Origin: Monocercomonoides exilis PA203 | Lineage: Eukaryota; Protista; Preaxostyla | Direction: 5' to 3' | Length of the DNA stretch: 64,000 bases | Assembly: GCA_001643675.2 (NCBI GenBank) | Contig: LSRY02000045.1 | Coordinates: 620,001-684,000, forward strand | Part shown: positions 1-14,400 of the stretch, piece by piece | Layout: the number at the start of each line of letters is the position of its first letter | How positions within the stretch are numbered: position 1 is the stretch's first letter | The notes under the pieces: model-generated | Seen by the model: only the letters and a program-made list of their open reading frames with translations | The model's database searches: none | Told to the model about the DNA's origin: nothing | Translations under genes and position numbers: made by a program

Positions 1-477
1 TTTCAGAAAAGTTCAAGTTATTTTTTTATTAATCAAATTTTATTACTCAAATAACTGTTTTTTTAACGGAAATATGAATCCAAACAATTTTTTGAATTTT
101 TTTTCATTTTTGAAAATCATCACTGAAATAAAAGATTTTTCAAAAAAATTCATTCTATTGAATAAATAAATAAGAAAATATAAATTTCTATCACGTTTAT
201 TGAAAAATAAAAAAAAAGAATTTTATTACCAATGGAAAGAAAAAATTTTTTTAGTAAAAATATCAAAATCATCAATTTTTTATATGAAAATGAATTCATT
301 TTCTTTTCAAATAAACTTCAATCAGTAAATTTTCATTCAAATTAAAAGAAAATTTTTCAATGAAAATGCGTCATTTTTCAAATATTGATAAACAAAATTT
401 GCTGATGAGATAAAAATAAAAAAAATTTAAAACCACAAACACAAGCTATTCATTCCACAAAACAAAAAAATATACGT

Positions 478-866
478 TTCGAAATTGAATTATTCTTTTT
501 CGAATTCGAATTATTAATTCCGAAATCGAATTATTTTTTTTCGAATTCGAATTATTAATTCCGAATTTGAATTATTTTTTTTCGAAATTGAATTATTAAT
601 TTCCGAATTCGAATTATTAATTCCGAATTTGAATTATTTTTTTTCGAAATTGAATTATTCTTTTTCGAATTCGAATTATTAATTCCGAAATCGAATTATT
701 TTTTTTCGAATTCGAATTATTAATTCCGAATTTGAATTATTTTTTTTCGAAATTGAATTATTAATTTCCGAATTCGAATTATTAATTCCGAAATCGAATT
801 ATTTTTTTTCGAATTCGAATTATTAATTCCGAAATCGAATTATTTTTTTTCGAATTCGAATTATTA
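478..866. repeat. Minisatellite array of ~19-21 bp subunits (TTCGAATTCGAATTATTAATTCCGAAATCGAATTATTTTTT-like higher-order unit)
   Basis: Tandem repetition visible directly; rich in TTCGAA/GAATTC palindromes; same family as 4815-5112. Confidence 0.9.
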
Positions 867-1619
867 GATAAAATGTGAAATGAATTGGTTATTTCAAATT
901 ATTTGTGTTATTTCAAGTTTCAGCCACGAATTTTGAATTAACCCAGTTATTTTGAAATAACCTTGAAAAACTTAAATCTACTGGACGTTTTTTAAAAACA
1001 TTAAATAAAAATATTTTTGATATAAAAATGGTTTCAACTATATTTTGAATTTGAATATTTGACCTATCTTTATTATGAAAATTTGCATTAGATTAATTAT
1101 TGGAAACTTTTTTTTTGTTTGTGATAATGAAAAAAGTTTTAAGATTGCAAAAAACGAAATATATATATGAAGATTGTTCCCATTCGTTTCAAATATCATC
1201 AGTTTGCTTGAATGGTAATTGTTGATTCCTTACTTCTAAAGCTTTTGACAAATCACAAAAGATTTCCCTATAAACGTATCTACATATTCAATGATCTTCT
1301 TTTGTCAAAATAAACATGTGGAAAACAGAAATTATCGATTTTATTTTGTAATGACTCGAAGAAATCATTTCCAAATATTTTTTGTCAAACAGTTATGGTC
1401 TTCCAAAAAAAAGAAAGCGTGAAATTCTGTCAAAAGGATTTTATGTCAAATGATTTGCGCGAAATTCGACAAAAAGATAAGATTATATTTATGAAAATTT
1501 GGGCATATGAAGATGAAATCCTAAATTTGAAGAGTGAATTTAGTTGAAAGAAGAAATGCTATAGAAACAATGAAAAACGACTTATTCTCAAAATTTTTCA
1601 GAACTGAAAATCTGTCTTG

Positions 1620-2310
1620 GAATTGCGAACGGTAATGGAGAGAGTGCATGTGTGTTTGAGTGCTCATTCACTTCGTGTACACTCACAAATAATAATGGTG
1701 GAAGGATGTATTGTTATGGTGTTCCAGCTGCATTCAAAATGAGGAACATCCAGTTTATTTCGTGAAACACAACATCAACAGGTGGAGGATTGTATTTTAA
1801 ACAAATCAACAAACAATCCCAAGCAACAACCTTTATTGCTACTTCTTCTTCTTCTTCCATGATAGCAGATGCACAACTACTTCCACTTCATATGGACACG
1901 ATGTTTATAGTGAAGATGATTACAATCTCTTCTCGTCGGACAATCCGTTCTATGAATCGTCCACAACGAATAGCAACGATAAGAAAGTGTGCTATTGAGA
2001 AAATGGAGCATATCAGCATACAGAAAAGAAGGATTGGCTGAAGGAAGGGATGAATGATCGGTATGTTGGGGTGAGTGGAGATGATACAAACAATCTGTGT
2101 GGGATGAGTGAGGCAGCACCTTGCAAGACAGTGGGGCATGCAGTGGAGTCGAGCATGGTGCAGCTGAGCTTCTCGATAACGTTGCATAAGGGAAGCGTAT
2201 AAGAGAAGAGAAGAAGAAAAGCATTGAGGAAAAGAAGATGATTAATACAGGGAGAGGGAAAGAGGTGAATGTGATTGGGACGAGTTCACTTTCTTCTTCT
2301 TCTTTCAAAA
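1620..2310 (+). pseudogene. Decayed paralog fragment of the giant surface-protein gene (matches ~6770-7440)
   Basis: Near-verbatim nucleotide similarity, e.g. gagtgctcatt..cttcgtgt, gctgcattcaaaatgagga, ggagcatatcagcatacagaaaagaa, tgcaagacagtggggcatgcagtgg; contains stops (TGC>TGA) and frameshifts. Confidence 0.85.
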
Positions 2311-4814
2311 ACAGAAGAAGTGTTCAGTTTATCGAGATACCATTTAAGAATGAATTTCAAAAAGATTTATTGCAAAACAACGACTGGTTATTCATCTAAT
2401 GTGGTGATGGAGCTTACAGAAACTGGGAACTTTCATTTCATGGAGCATTCCAAAAGAAGATAGAAAGTTTTATGATAGCAGTTGTGGGACAATTGTCAAG
2501 TCTACAGAAATGAAGGCAAGCTGCGAGCAGGAATCAAACGGCTGATCATGGAGGTGACAAAATTCAATTTACGCAAGTCAATAAAGACGAAAGAATTCAG
2601 TTCAAAAATGCAAGAAAATGTTGCAGAAGCAATGAAGTCGCTATATTTTAACGATTTTCAAAATTCATAATTCTTTCGAATGTTTTTTAAAAAAAGAAAA
2701 TACTTTTCACTTGCGTTAATGATTTCTCAAAACATGATTTTGTAATCTTTTTCACTTGTGAAAGTTCAAAGTGAAAAGTTTCACATTTCATTTTTGAAAA
2801 ATGTTGTTTTAATGAATTTTTGAAGATTGCAAATACTTTAAAAGACTCGTGATTTTTATGTTTAAGTTTTAAAATAGATATTTTTCAAATAAAAATATTT
2901 CTTTGAAATTCAGGCAATTGAATGTTCTTCTCAAGTCAAATAAAAAGAAAAAATTTCAAAAAACTAGTTACTCAAAAACAAACAACTTCATATTTAGTAA
3001 TTTGTTTGAAAAAACAATCCATTTTCAAATTTATCACCATTCACAACAATGCAATTATCGAACACTTCTTTTTCCATCTTTTTCAATAACAAAAGTTTCG
3101 TAACTTTTCGTTTTGCCAAGAGGCTTTCATTCTCCGTATTTTCGGTTTTGCATGAATATTTTAGAAAATCTTTGTATCATCCACAAGTCCCTCATATGCT
3201 CATCTGATCGATCTTTTTCACCAAGACTGCATCGGCTTCTCAGATTTCTGACAAAACTTCAGCTTCACATATTGATTATCAACTGCGCATTTAAGAAAAT
3301 TCATGCATTGCTTGCTGATTTCTCCATCATCCCACTTAGCTTCCCTGAATTCCATACAACGATGCACGTGAGCACTTCAAATTCTTCATTCTTCAACTGG
3401 TAAAAGCAAAGATAATGCTTTGATGCAATAATTATCAACATTTCACTTAGTCTTCTTTTCCCACTTTCATTTGTCCCTTCCTCTGCCAATCAAAACCCTT
3501 TTCAAACTCTGACAATTCTCTCTTGCATCTCTTCCAAAACTTAACTCTTTTGAAATTACATCTTTGTAATCTCGTTGAAAACTTAAATGCTTATCAATAA
3601 CTGTCAAACAAACTGATTGATAAGGCGTTTCGAGTTTCGATGTTCTCGATGATTTTGAATGACTTCTGCCATCTCCTTCAAATGCAATTCTTGTTCAACA
3701 TGCTTTCAAACAACGAGAAAGAAATTAATAAATGAACAAAAATAATTCGATTACAAACTTTCCACATATCAACGTTGCTCACCATCAGCTTTGATAATTC
3801 CACTTCTTTTTGAGTTTAATTATTTTCTTCTTTCTTCATAGGAAACTTTCAAAAGACAAACCACGTAAATCAAAAGAAATATTAATGAATATGCAGCTCA
3901 GATAAATGAAACACACACAAAAATCAATCAGTCCTTTCATTCTGAAAACTTTCTGTTTCTGCTGTTTCTTTTAACAAAGTCCAAATTCAAAAAGCTATTG
4001 TCTTCGAAAAAAAAGAAAGAATGATTTATAAGATTCAATAATTCATTTAATAACTGTTTCGCACCAGCTAAGAATTTTGTATTTTTGAATATTTTTTATA
4101 TTAGCAAAAGCGTTAAATACAGAAAGATTCAATATCTATTTTCAAAACCAAAATGAGAGAAATCTTGAAAGAAGAGAACGACATTAATAAAAAATATTAA
4201 CTATAGATATAAGCAGTTGATGTCACTCAGTTTTTGAATGTATTATTGTTTTCATACAATATATGTCGGAAAATCATGAAAATATATTGATCATTTGCAT
4301 AACTTTATGTTAATCAATCAGAATAACTCAAAATATGACTAAGAAATATATAGTATTGTTTTATATTGTTTGTTGATTAAAACAGAATCAATCGTTTTTG
4401 TTTATTTTACTGTCACAATTAAAAACTGAAATTTTTGAATTCAAAAAATGTGTATTTAAATATAAATAAGTTCAAACTCATTTTTAAATGGATTCAATTC
4501 TTTGTATAACATTTGTCTTCATGTTTGAATTAATTATTTTGTGAAAAAATGATATTTTTTCACTTTCATGTTAAAAGATCAAGCTTTTTTGGAAAACAAG
4601 CAAAAAATGCTTTATTTGCTTAAAATATAACGTAATATTTAATGTTGATGCGTTTTTGACTTCCACCCTCAAAACATTGTTTTTTGATAAATGCAAGACT
4701 GTCAGGTCACAATTGAAAAAAACTGGTTTTTCTTAAAAACACTGCCTTTAATTTAAAATTACTGGGGGATCTTGAAATAAATAGTTTATTTTGAAATATA
4801 TTTTTATTTCACAA

Positions 4815-5112
4815 TTTATCTATTAATTCCGAATTTGAATTATTTTTTTTCGAAATTGAATTATTCTTTTTCGAATTCGAATTATTAATTCCGAAATCGA
4901 ATTATTTTTTTTCGAATTCGAATTATTAATTCCGAATTTGAATTATTTTTTTTCGAAATTGAATTATTAATTTCCGAATTCGAATTATTAATTCCGAATT
5001 TGAATTATTTTTTTTCGAAATTGAATTATTAATTCCGATTTTGAATTATTCTTTTTCGATTTTGAATTATTAATTCCGAAATCGAATTATTTTTTTTCGA
5101 ATATGAATTATT
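4815..5112. repeat. Second copy of the GAATTC/TTCGAA minisatellite array, immediately upstream of the giant gene
   Basis: Same subunits, orientation and higher-order order as 478-866. Confidence 0.9.
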
Positions 5113-5200
5113 TTTGGTGTATTGTCTCTCCAAATTAATTGAACCATAATTACATTTTATTTTTATTTGTTTTTTATTTTTGCTTCGTATAACGGATAAT

Positions 5201-5365
5201 ATGTGTTTGATTCCTTTGATAGTTTTTATGGCAATTACCATTATTAAAGGCGATGGGAAATACCAGAAGGTGATAACCGATCCATCGCATGACGCCTTCT
5301 GTGAACAATGCGATGAAAATTGTCTTATTGAAGGATGTATTTCGAAAACGAGTATGAAATGGCTT
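5201..5365 (+). CDS. Probable first exon (signal peptide MCLIPLIVFMAITIIKG) of the giant surface protein
   Basis: ATG at 5201 followed by a hydrophobic signal-like stretch; candidate GT donors at 5337/5366, an AT-rich intron-like segment, and the main frame is open from 5413. Splice sites are inferred. Confidence 0.5.
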
Positions 5366-5475
5366 GTATATATATAAATATATATTTAACAACTGATTTT
5401 TTGCTTTGTTGAGTTTATGCCTCTGATAGTGAAGAGCTGCTCGATTATAATCTTAATTATAAAAATTGCGAAAAA

Positions 5476-8400
5476 ATGAAAGCTTACAAATATCAAATAC
5501 GTGACTCTTCAATTTCCATACGCGCATCTATGAATACAGAACAAATGCGCAAAGAAAGTCAATTTAAAGGAAATATGAGATTAATTAATTCATCAATTGA
5601 GTTAAATCAAATTTTATTGAAGAATTATGATAATTGTTGTTCAGTGTGTGGAATGAAGGGGAGTGTGGTTGTGGTGAGGGGATGTGGTGTGGGGATGGGG
5701 AGAGGCAAGGAGGCAGGGGTGTTTGAGCTGGGCGGGTGCAGAGGGGTGTTTTGGAACATCACGCTGAGAGGGATTGGAAGGGGAGGAAATGTGTGTGGGA
5801 GGCTGTTTGGAGGAGAGGGGAGGATGGGGCAGACGAGGAGTGAGAGAGAAGGTGGGGGAGGAAGAGGAAGAGTCGGATGGGGAAGAGGAAGCGGAAGAGA
5901 TGAAGGAGGAGAGAGAGGAGGACAACGAGGAGGAGGAGGAAGAAGAGGTGGAGAAGGAAGAGGAAGCGAAGGAAGAGAAGAAGAAAGCGAAGGAGGAGGG
6001 AGTGTATTGGTGAGTGAGTCTGATTTCTCATCTTTTTGTGTGTCTTCAGCCCCGTTTCTGGCGCCTCCCCTGACACGCCTTGTATCTCTCACTCAGCTGA
6101 CCTTCTTCAACATCTCCACAAATCCACTGAAAGCAACACATCTGGGTGAAGGGCTGAGCCAAATTTCGTTTCTGATGAGTGGATGTGAATTTGTATCAGT
6201 GTGGGATGTGTATGATGGGTGCATTGTCCCCTCACTGAACAGCCCCTCATCGTCATTGGCTGCCTCGAACACCTCTTTTGTCAGGTGCTATCGATCACAG
6301 AATGTTGCAATCAGCGGGAGTGAAGGGAATCCATCGAGGCCAGCGAGACAGCAAATTTCTACAGATTTAACGAATTCATTCACTTGGTGTGTGTGGAATG
6401 GGTCAAAAACTACTGGAACAAGTAGTTCTTATTCAGATGGAATATCGAGTGGAGGTGCGATTAACATGTATGGTTTGTCATCAGGAACACTTTCAGTGAA
6501 ATTTTGTTCGTTCAATGACTGCTATGCAAACTATGCTGGGGGAGGTATTATGTGCTATAAAATCAGTTCAATCAAGATCGAGAACAACTCATTCAATGCA
6601 TGTACTGCTCAAAAAGATTACGGAGGAGGGATGTATGCTTATTCGATTTCTTCGTGTGTCAAGGTCAGTGGCTGTGAATTTAAGAAATGCAAAGCAAGTT
6701 ACGATGGAGGAGGATTATTTCTCCAATCTTTTAATGTTTCTGGATCTTCGTGTATTGGAACAGAAAATGGCAAAGGGGAAAGTGCTTGTGTATTTGAGTG
6801 CTCATTTACTTCGTGTTCTCTGACAAACCAATATGGTGGAGGGATGTATTGTTATGGCGTTCCGGCTGCATTCAAAATGAGGAGCCTCCAATTTATTTCG
6901 TGCTCAGCAGTGTCATATGGCGGAGGATTGTATTTTGATCCAAGTCGATCAACACCTCCAAGCAACAACATTTATTGCTATTTCTTTTTCTTCCACGATT
7001 GCAGATGCACAACCACTTCCACTCCATATGGCCATGATGTGTATTTTGAAGATTATTACAATCTCTTCTCATCGAATAACCCGTTCTACGAATCATATAC
7101 AACGAATACTAATGACAGGAGAGTGTGCTATTGGGTAAATGGAGCATATCAGCATACAGAAAAGAAGGGATGGTTGAAGGAAGGGATGAAGGATCGGTAT
7201 GTTGGGGTGAGTGGGGATGACTCGAGCAATCTGTGTGGGATGAGCGAGTCAGCACCGTGCAAGACAGTGGGGCATGCAGTGGGGTCGAGCATGGCGCAGC
7301 TGAGCTCGACAATCACAGTGCTGGGTGGGAAGCATGTGAGTGAAGGAGCGACGATCAGTGTTGGGGAAAAGAAGATTTCTGTTGTTGGGAGAGGGAAAGC
7401 AGTGAGTGTGATTGGGACGAGTGCACTTTCGACCTCTTCAACAACGCTGTTTAGCATATCTTCTGGCCAACTGGAGGTGGGGCATGTGGGGATCGATCAC
7501 AACTCGATGAGAAGCTCATCGCCGAGTGTGTTTGTGGTGTCTGTGGGGAGTGGGGCTCTTTCGCTGGAGGATGTGGTGATCAACTCTTCGACGCCAGGAG
7601 GGAGTGGAATGACGAAGTGTGTGTTTGAAGTGGCACTGAGGCAGTTGAAGACGATTGATGTGGAGATCAAAAATATAAAAATGAGTCAACTACTATTTGC
7701 AGAACCATCATCAGCCGGATCGTCATCAGGAGAGAGTTTGCTAGGGAATGTGACAGTTCGAAATGTGAATAGGACAACAGGTGATGGAGTGGTGATGGCA
7801 AAAAGCGTGAAGGGAGGAGAGACATTTGTGGTGTGGAACACAACAATAGAAGGGTGTGAGTGTGTGAATGGAAATGGAGGAGGGATAAAAGTTGAGTTGA
7901 CATCTTCTTCAAGCAAAGCTTTCATTGGAACATCAGCATCGCACAGCGGAGGAACAACAAAATTCAACAAAACGAAGTGCAGCGGATATGGAGGAGGAGT
8001 GATGTTATGGCTGGCAGATAGCTCGTTCAACTTTGAGATTTCATCAGTGAGTTTTGTTGGTTGCAGTGCAACATTGGGAGGGAAAGATGTGTTTGTGAAT
8101 GGGAGCAGGTTGGTGAGTGGGACAATAACAAGTTCAAAGCTGGATTTCTCACGAAATGTTTCTGTTTATGATGAGCTGATGGGATATGACCGGAATGAGG
8201 GAGGGATGGGAATATTCCCATTGAATGTGTTTTTTGACACATTTTCAGGAGCAGCACATGTGGGGAATAAGGTGAATGGATATGGAGGATATGACTCGTG
8301 GTTTTGTGGGTTTGGGTATTTTCCATGCAAAACGATCGCGTTTGCTTCACAGAACAGATTCAGTTCGTCAAAAAAGAACATTGTGTTGGATTCAGGGTTT

Positions 8401-11400
8401 GAGCTGGGAGAGGTTGTGTCGATGGCGGGGTCATATGAATGGGAGGTGTATTGTGGGATTAACAAGACAAATGTGAATGTGAGGGTGCCGAGTGGAATGA
8501 CATCTTCGTATTTGATAAATGTTCAGAGTGCAAGCTCAATAAAGAATATTGCGTTCCAAATTCCATTTTTGTTATCGAGTGCAACATCACTCATTTGTTT
8601 GACCAGTTCATCACTCACACTCACAGACTGCTCAGTTGTTCATATATCAGAGAGCACATCGAGTGTGGCCTTTGGATATAGCATTGTGAATGCGCAGAGT
8701 GGGAGTCTGAAAATGGAACGATTTGTGATTGGTGGAGCACTTGTATTTGGAGCTCATTCAGCGATTGAATTTTCTGAAGGAATGACGAGTGTGATATGTT
8801 CAGGGTGCAATATCAGCGGAGTCAAAAGGAATGAGGGAGATGGAGGATGGATGAAAGGAACAGTTGGGTCGAGTGGAACGTTGACAGTTGATGGATGCAA
8901 TGTGAATGGGTGCAGTTGTGGTGGTGGAAATGGGGGAGGAATATATGTTGGATTGAAGGGAAGTGGGAAAGTGGTTGTGAATGGAACGAGTGTGATTGAT
9001 GGGAATAAGGCAGAGAATAATGTGGGAAGTGGAGGGAGAGGAGGAGGATTATTTGTGTTGATGGAGAGCGAGGGATGTGGATTGACAATTGGGCAGAATG
9101 TGAAGTTTTCGAAAATGAATGGGAATGTGGCAACATATGGGAAGGATGTGTTTGTTGATTGTGGGAGTGGTGTGTTTTTGGAGTCAAAAGTGAATGCCAG
9201 CTCATTTTCATTTTTTGACACAAGCACAATTCCATCAGATGTGTTGAAACTGAGTGGGAGTGAGAATGGGGATGAAAGTGGAGTGATTCCACTGTTTGTG
9301 TATTTATGCACAATGGGTACAAAAGTGATTGTTGATGGGAATGGAGGAAATGGGATGGACCACGATCATTGTGGATTTGAGAAATTTGGCTGTTTGACAG
9401 TTGATTATTGTGCGAACTCAAGAATGAGTGAAAATTCAAAAGAAATCGAGGTTGTCTCATCTTCTTCAATAAATGATGAAATTGAAATATCTTCATTTGA
9501 TGTGAGTATTTCAGGCAGAATAGTGTCATCTTCATCAGAGGAAGGGGAGAGGATGAGAGTGAATGTGAGTGATGGAGGATCAACCACACAAAATTGTCTT
9601 GTTGGATGTTCGAGTTCACTGACAATGAGGAGACTTTCATTTGTTGTGAAAGGTCAGTTGAAATCAAGGAGAAGTGCATTCATCCATTCAACATCATCAA
9701 CACTCAGTGTGACGAACTGTTCAGTCTCATTTGAGAGTGGGGCATTGACCAATGGAAAGATCGGATACAACATCATTGAGATGGCAGGAGGGAATCTGAT
9801 TGTTGATGGATTTGTGATGGAAAGTGGAGCGACACTGAAGATGAATGGGAAATCGCCAATCACAATGACAAGTGGAGTGAAATTGGAGATATTGAATAGC
9901 AGAGTTAGTGGAGTGAAAGTGGAAGTTGCAGGTGGAAATGGAGGAGGGGGATGTTTGAATGTTGGGATGGGGGATAATGGGAATGTGAAAATTGAAGAAA
10001 GCAATTTTTCATCAAGATGCACAGGTGGAAGTGGAATGAAAGGGGGAGGGATGATGATATCAGTGGGAAATGGAGGAACATTGAGGGTGAAAGGAGTGAA
10101 ATTATCGGGATGTGCTGTGCCATCAGAGGATGTTGAGAATGGAGGGAGAGGAATGGGAGGAGGGATGTTTGCTGAACTTGCCGAGGAAATAGGATCATTT
10201 GTGATGGAAGGGATGGAATTCAGTGGGTGCAGCGCATGGAAAGGGAAGAATTTATTTGTGGAAGCACAGGATTTATCGGCTGTCATCAACAGCACTTCAA
10301 TTGGATTCAATCCAGAAATTGGAATAAATGTTGCAGACTTGAATGAACTTTGTGGACGAGAACGAAACAATTTGGAGCTGATTGTTCCACTTGTTGTGTT
10401 TCTTAGGACATTTTCATCACCAGCATATGTGAGTGGGAGAGAACAAGGAAGTGAATTCAGGCTGTGTGGATATGAAGATTACCCATGCAGGACAATTGGA
10501 AATGTTGGAGAAGTTCAGTTTCCGAGTTCAAAGAGAGTGATCAGACTGACAAGCACATTTTCATTTGATGAAGAAGTGAAGTTGAATGAACAATCATATG
10601 AGATTGATTCAAGTGACAAAAATGTTGGAATAAAAATCGAGGCAACAGGAACAAAAACACAAGAAGCATTGGTGATGAACAGTGTTTCATCAACATTGAC
10701 AGGGATATTATTTGAATTGGGAGGTTCGATTGGAGAGCGATCGTCATTTGTTCATTCTTCAGGAGGGACATTGAGATTTGCTGATTGTGGGATAAACATG
10801 GGGAATGGAGTGGATGCAGTGAATTATGAGTTTGCGAGTGCAAGTGGAGGGAATGTGGAGATTATCCGGATGAGTTGTGGAGGGAGTGAGAGAAAAGTGA
10901 AATTTGGAATGAAGGCATTCATTGTTATTAATGGAAATGGGGGTGCTTCGATTGAGGATTCGTTGCTTGAGAGTGTGGAAACAACAAATATGAAGGGATT
11001 GATTGAGTATTCGTCTTCATCGAGTCCATTGACGATCGGAAATGTGACAGCACAAGAATGTGTGATGGGAGGGAAAGGACTGATATGGAATGATAATGGA
11101 AAGAAGCTGAGGATGAGGAATTGCACGATTATGAAAATGAGCAGTTTGGAGGGAAATGGGAGTGTTGTGAGTGGAGAAGTTGGGGATGGATGTGCTGTTG
11201 AGGTGAATGATGTTGTGATTGAAGGATGTGGAACATTGAAGGGATGTGGAGGAGGGATGAGTGTGATATTGAAGGGAACAGGAGAAATGCGTTTGGGAAA
11301 GAGTGGAGTGGTGACATCATTTGAGAAATGTTCAGCTGGTGGTGAGGGATCAATTGGGGGATATGGGGGAGGAGTGAATTTGGATTTGAGTGACAATTGT

Positions 11401-14400
11401 GTGAATAACTTTGTGTTGACAACATTGATATTTGAATACAATGTTGCAGCCGAGGGAAGGGATTTGTTCATTTCGTGCAAGAAACTGAATGAAACAGTGA
11501 CGAAGGAGAGGTTTGGATTTGAATATAAATATGAAAATGGAGAAGGAGAAGGTGAATGGATGGCAGTTGATATGAAAGGGATTGACAGAGATCATTTTGC
11601 AGAGAGTGTTGATCTTGGGCTGTTTCTTGTTGAAATGAAGGGAATGGAGGTGTGTGTGTCGAAGGATGGATATGACACATTGGGATGTGGGAGCGATGGA
11701 TATCCATGTGAATCGATGTGGAGTGGAATAAACCACATTGACAGAAGTGGGACAGAAGGAGAAAGGAAAGTGAAAGTGAGGGATGAAGGGACAATTGAAG
11801 ATATCTATTCTTTCACAGATGCACTTGCGATTGATGGGTGTGTGAATGAAGGAGATGAAACCAAACACAAGCCTATTCAGTTTAATGAGAGAATCAAAGG
11901 GAATTCTGCATCATCATCTTCACCTGTTATTTCATCAACAGTATCAGTCAGCTTGTTATCATTGAAATTGCAGATTCCAAGTCAATTTGAGCCATATATG
12001 AATACACTGATCTCATCGAGCGGGGTTCTTCACCTCGAAAGCTGTTTATTTGAGATTCGATCATCAACGACCATTCAATATTCGTTGATAACAACAACCA
12101 GTGGAAGTTGCATATTGAAGGGATGTTGTCTGACAGATTGTTCATTTATCAAATCACCATTGGTGATGGCTTCTTCTGTTTTGTTCGAAAACAGCAACTT
12201 TTCAAATATCGAGAACAAGGGCAGTGGAGAAGGAGGTGTTGCAAAAGTGACATTGCAAAGGAATGAAAAATTGGTGATCAAATCAACAAATGCATCATCT
12301 TGCTCACTTTCATCAGGCAATGGAAAAGGCGGATTTTTATATTTGGATTGTCAAAATTGTTTGAAGGAGAAGCCATTTGTTTTTGATGCTGACGTAACTT
12401 TTAAGAATAACAATGCAGCCATTGGAAAGAATGTGTTCATTTTGGGAAAGGATTTTAATTCTTCTGTGACAAATGACTCATTCAACTTCAATTATTCATC
12501 AATGAAAGGCGATAAGACTCTGTTTGTGGGAAGTGATGATTTTCATCAAGAAAAGGATTTATTCATGTTCCTCATTCCACGCAGCTCATTTGAGATATTT
12601 GTTTCATTGAGTGGATTTGATGTTGCACGTTGTGGAAGTGAAGAAGAACCATGCTTCACAATGTGGAAAGGGATGAAAAACATGAAAGACGGAGAAGGAA
12701 ATAAAACAATTCAGATTGAAGGATCAACAATCATTCGAGATTCATTCAATGTGTCCAATTATCAGATCAAAAAGAGTGTGAAGATGGGAGAAGAGAATGT
12801 GAAAGCGATATTGAATTTTGAAAAGGCAACTGATAGTCAGCTAGAATATTTCATGGTGAATAACATTCAACTTGAATTGATAAACATCCAACTCCAATTA
12901 ACATCAAGATTTGACAATTCAGCCAAAACAATTATTTCAAACAGAGCTGGCGAGTTGGTGATTACTGGATGTTCATTCCATTCAGAGGCTGGAGTGAACA
13001 ATGGATTTAATTGTGTATTTGTGGATATGATTGGAGGCAATGTGGAAGTGAATGATTTGTCGATGGAATCATGCAATGTTGGAAACAGTATTTTTGTCAT
13101 TCATGATTCTGAAATAACTTGCCATTTTGTGAATGTTCGAGTGGAATCGCTGAATGAAAGTGGAGGATGTCTTCTTCTGATCAAAGGAACTGAATTAACA
13201 ACAAAGATAAATGAAGGAGTCGAGGAAATGAGTCTCAACATTGATAATTCGTCATTTTCAGGAGTGAAGAGAAGTGACAATGGAGCAAGCATTTTGGAGT
13301 CAAAGAGTGAGAATAAGATTTGTTTGGTTGTGAATTCGAGCAACATCACAGAAGACAAAGCAGAAATGAGTGAAAAAGGAGGGGCGATATTCTTCACATT
13401 GGGTGCATCAGGATCAATGAAGATGATTAAGTCCGAAGTCAGTCAATGCAGCTGCACCAATGGGAAAGGAGGAGGGGTGTATCTGGCAACAAAGGAAAGA
13501 GGAGAATTGAATTTCACATTTGTTGGAATGAAATTCAGTTCAAACACAGCAAGAGTGGGAAATGATATCTTCATTGAATGTTTCAACATCACGTCGCAGA
13601 TCAATGAAAGTCAATTTCAGTTTGATCTTCGAGAGAATCATTACTCACGAATTAATGCAATCTATGGAATTGATAGTTGTGAACACAAAGAAGATGCAAA
13701 TCTGATTGAGTTTGTGACTATCCATCAGAGTGACACAATTGTTGTGAGCAGTGAGGTTGGATCGAATGACAGACAATGTGGAACAAACACACTTCCATGT
13801 GATTCAATTGAGCATGGGCTGGTGCATTTGACATCTGAATATGTGAGTCTATTGTATGTTGACGCTGAGAGTGTGATTGGAAGAGAAATAAATCTGGAGG
13901 AGATGAGTTTGAGTTCGAAGAGCAGAGAAATGTGCAAAGTTGAAGTGAAACCAAACATTGAAAAAACAAAGGATGCATTGGTGATAACAACAGGAACAGT
14001 CTCGTTGGTGAAAGTAAATTTTGTGTTTGATTCAAATTTCATCTCTTCACACGAATCATTGATATCACCAGAGGGAGGGATTCTTGAGATAATAAATTGC
14101 TCATTTGACTCAAAACAATCGGATGGAGTTAATGAAGCTTTTGCAATCATTCCATTTCACATAATAAACATGGAAAAAGGAGAATTACAACTCATGGAAT
14201 GCAAGATATCAAATCTCATTCTTCAAAAATCTTCATTATATCTATCATCATCACTTCCATCAGTGATTTATTTGTTTGAAATATTCAATTCTTCAATTAA
14301 AACTTCTCTGATAGATATTAATGAATGTGGGCAATTGAATATGGAAAAGGTTCAAACAGAAAATATCACAGTTGAGGGAAATGATGAATCACTGATATCT

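Noticed and set aside
478-866. CRISPR-like array
   Set aside because: No unique spacers; pure tandem subunits; eukaryotic context and no cas genes.
3100-3900. Possible decayed minus-strand gene
   Set aside because: Many stops and no recognisable motif, so it cannot be called.
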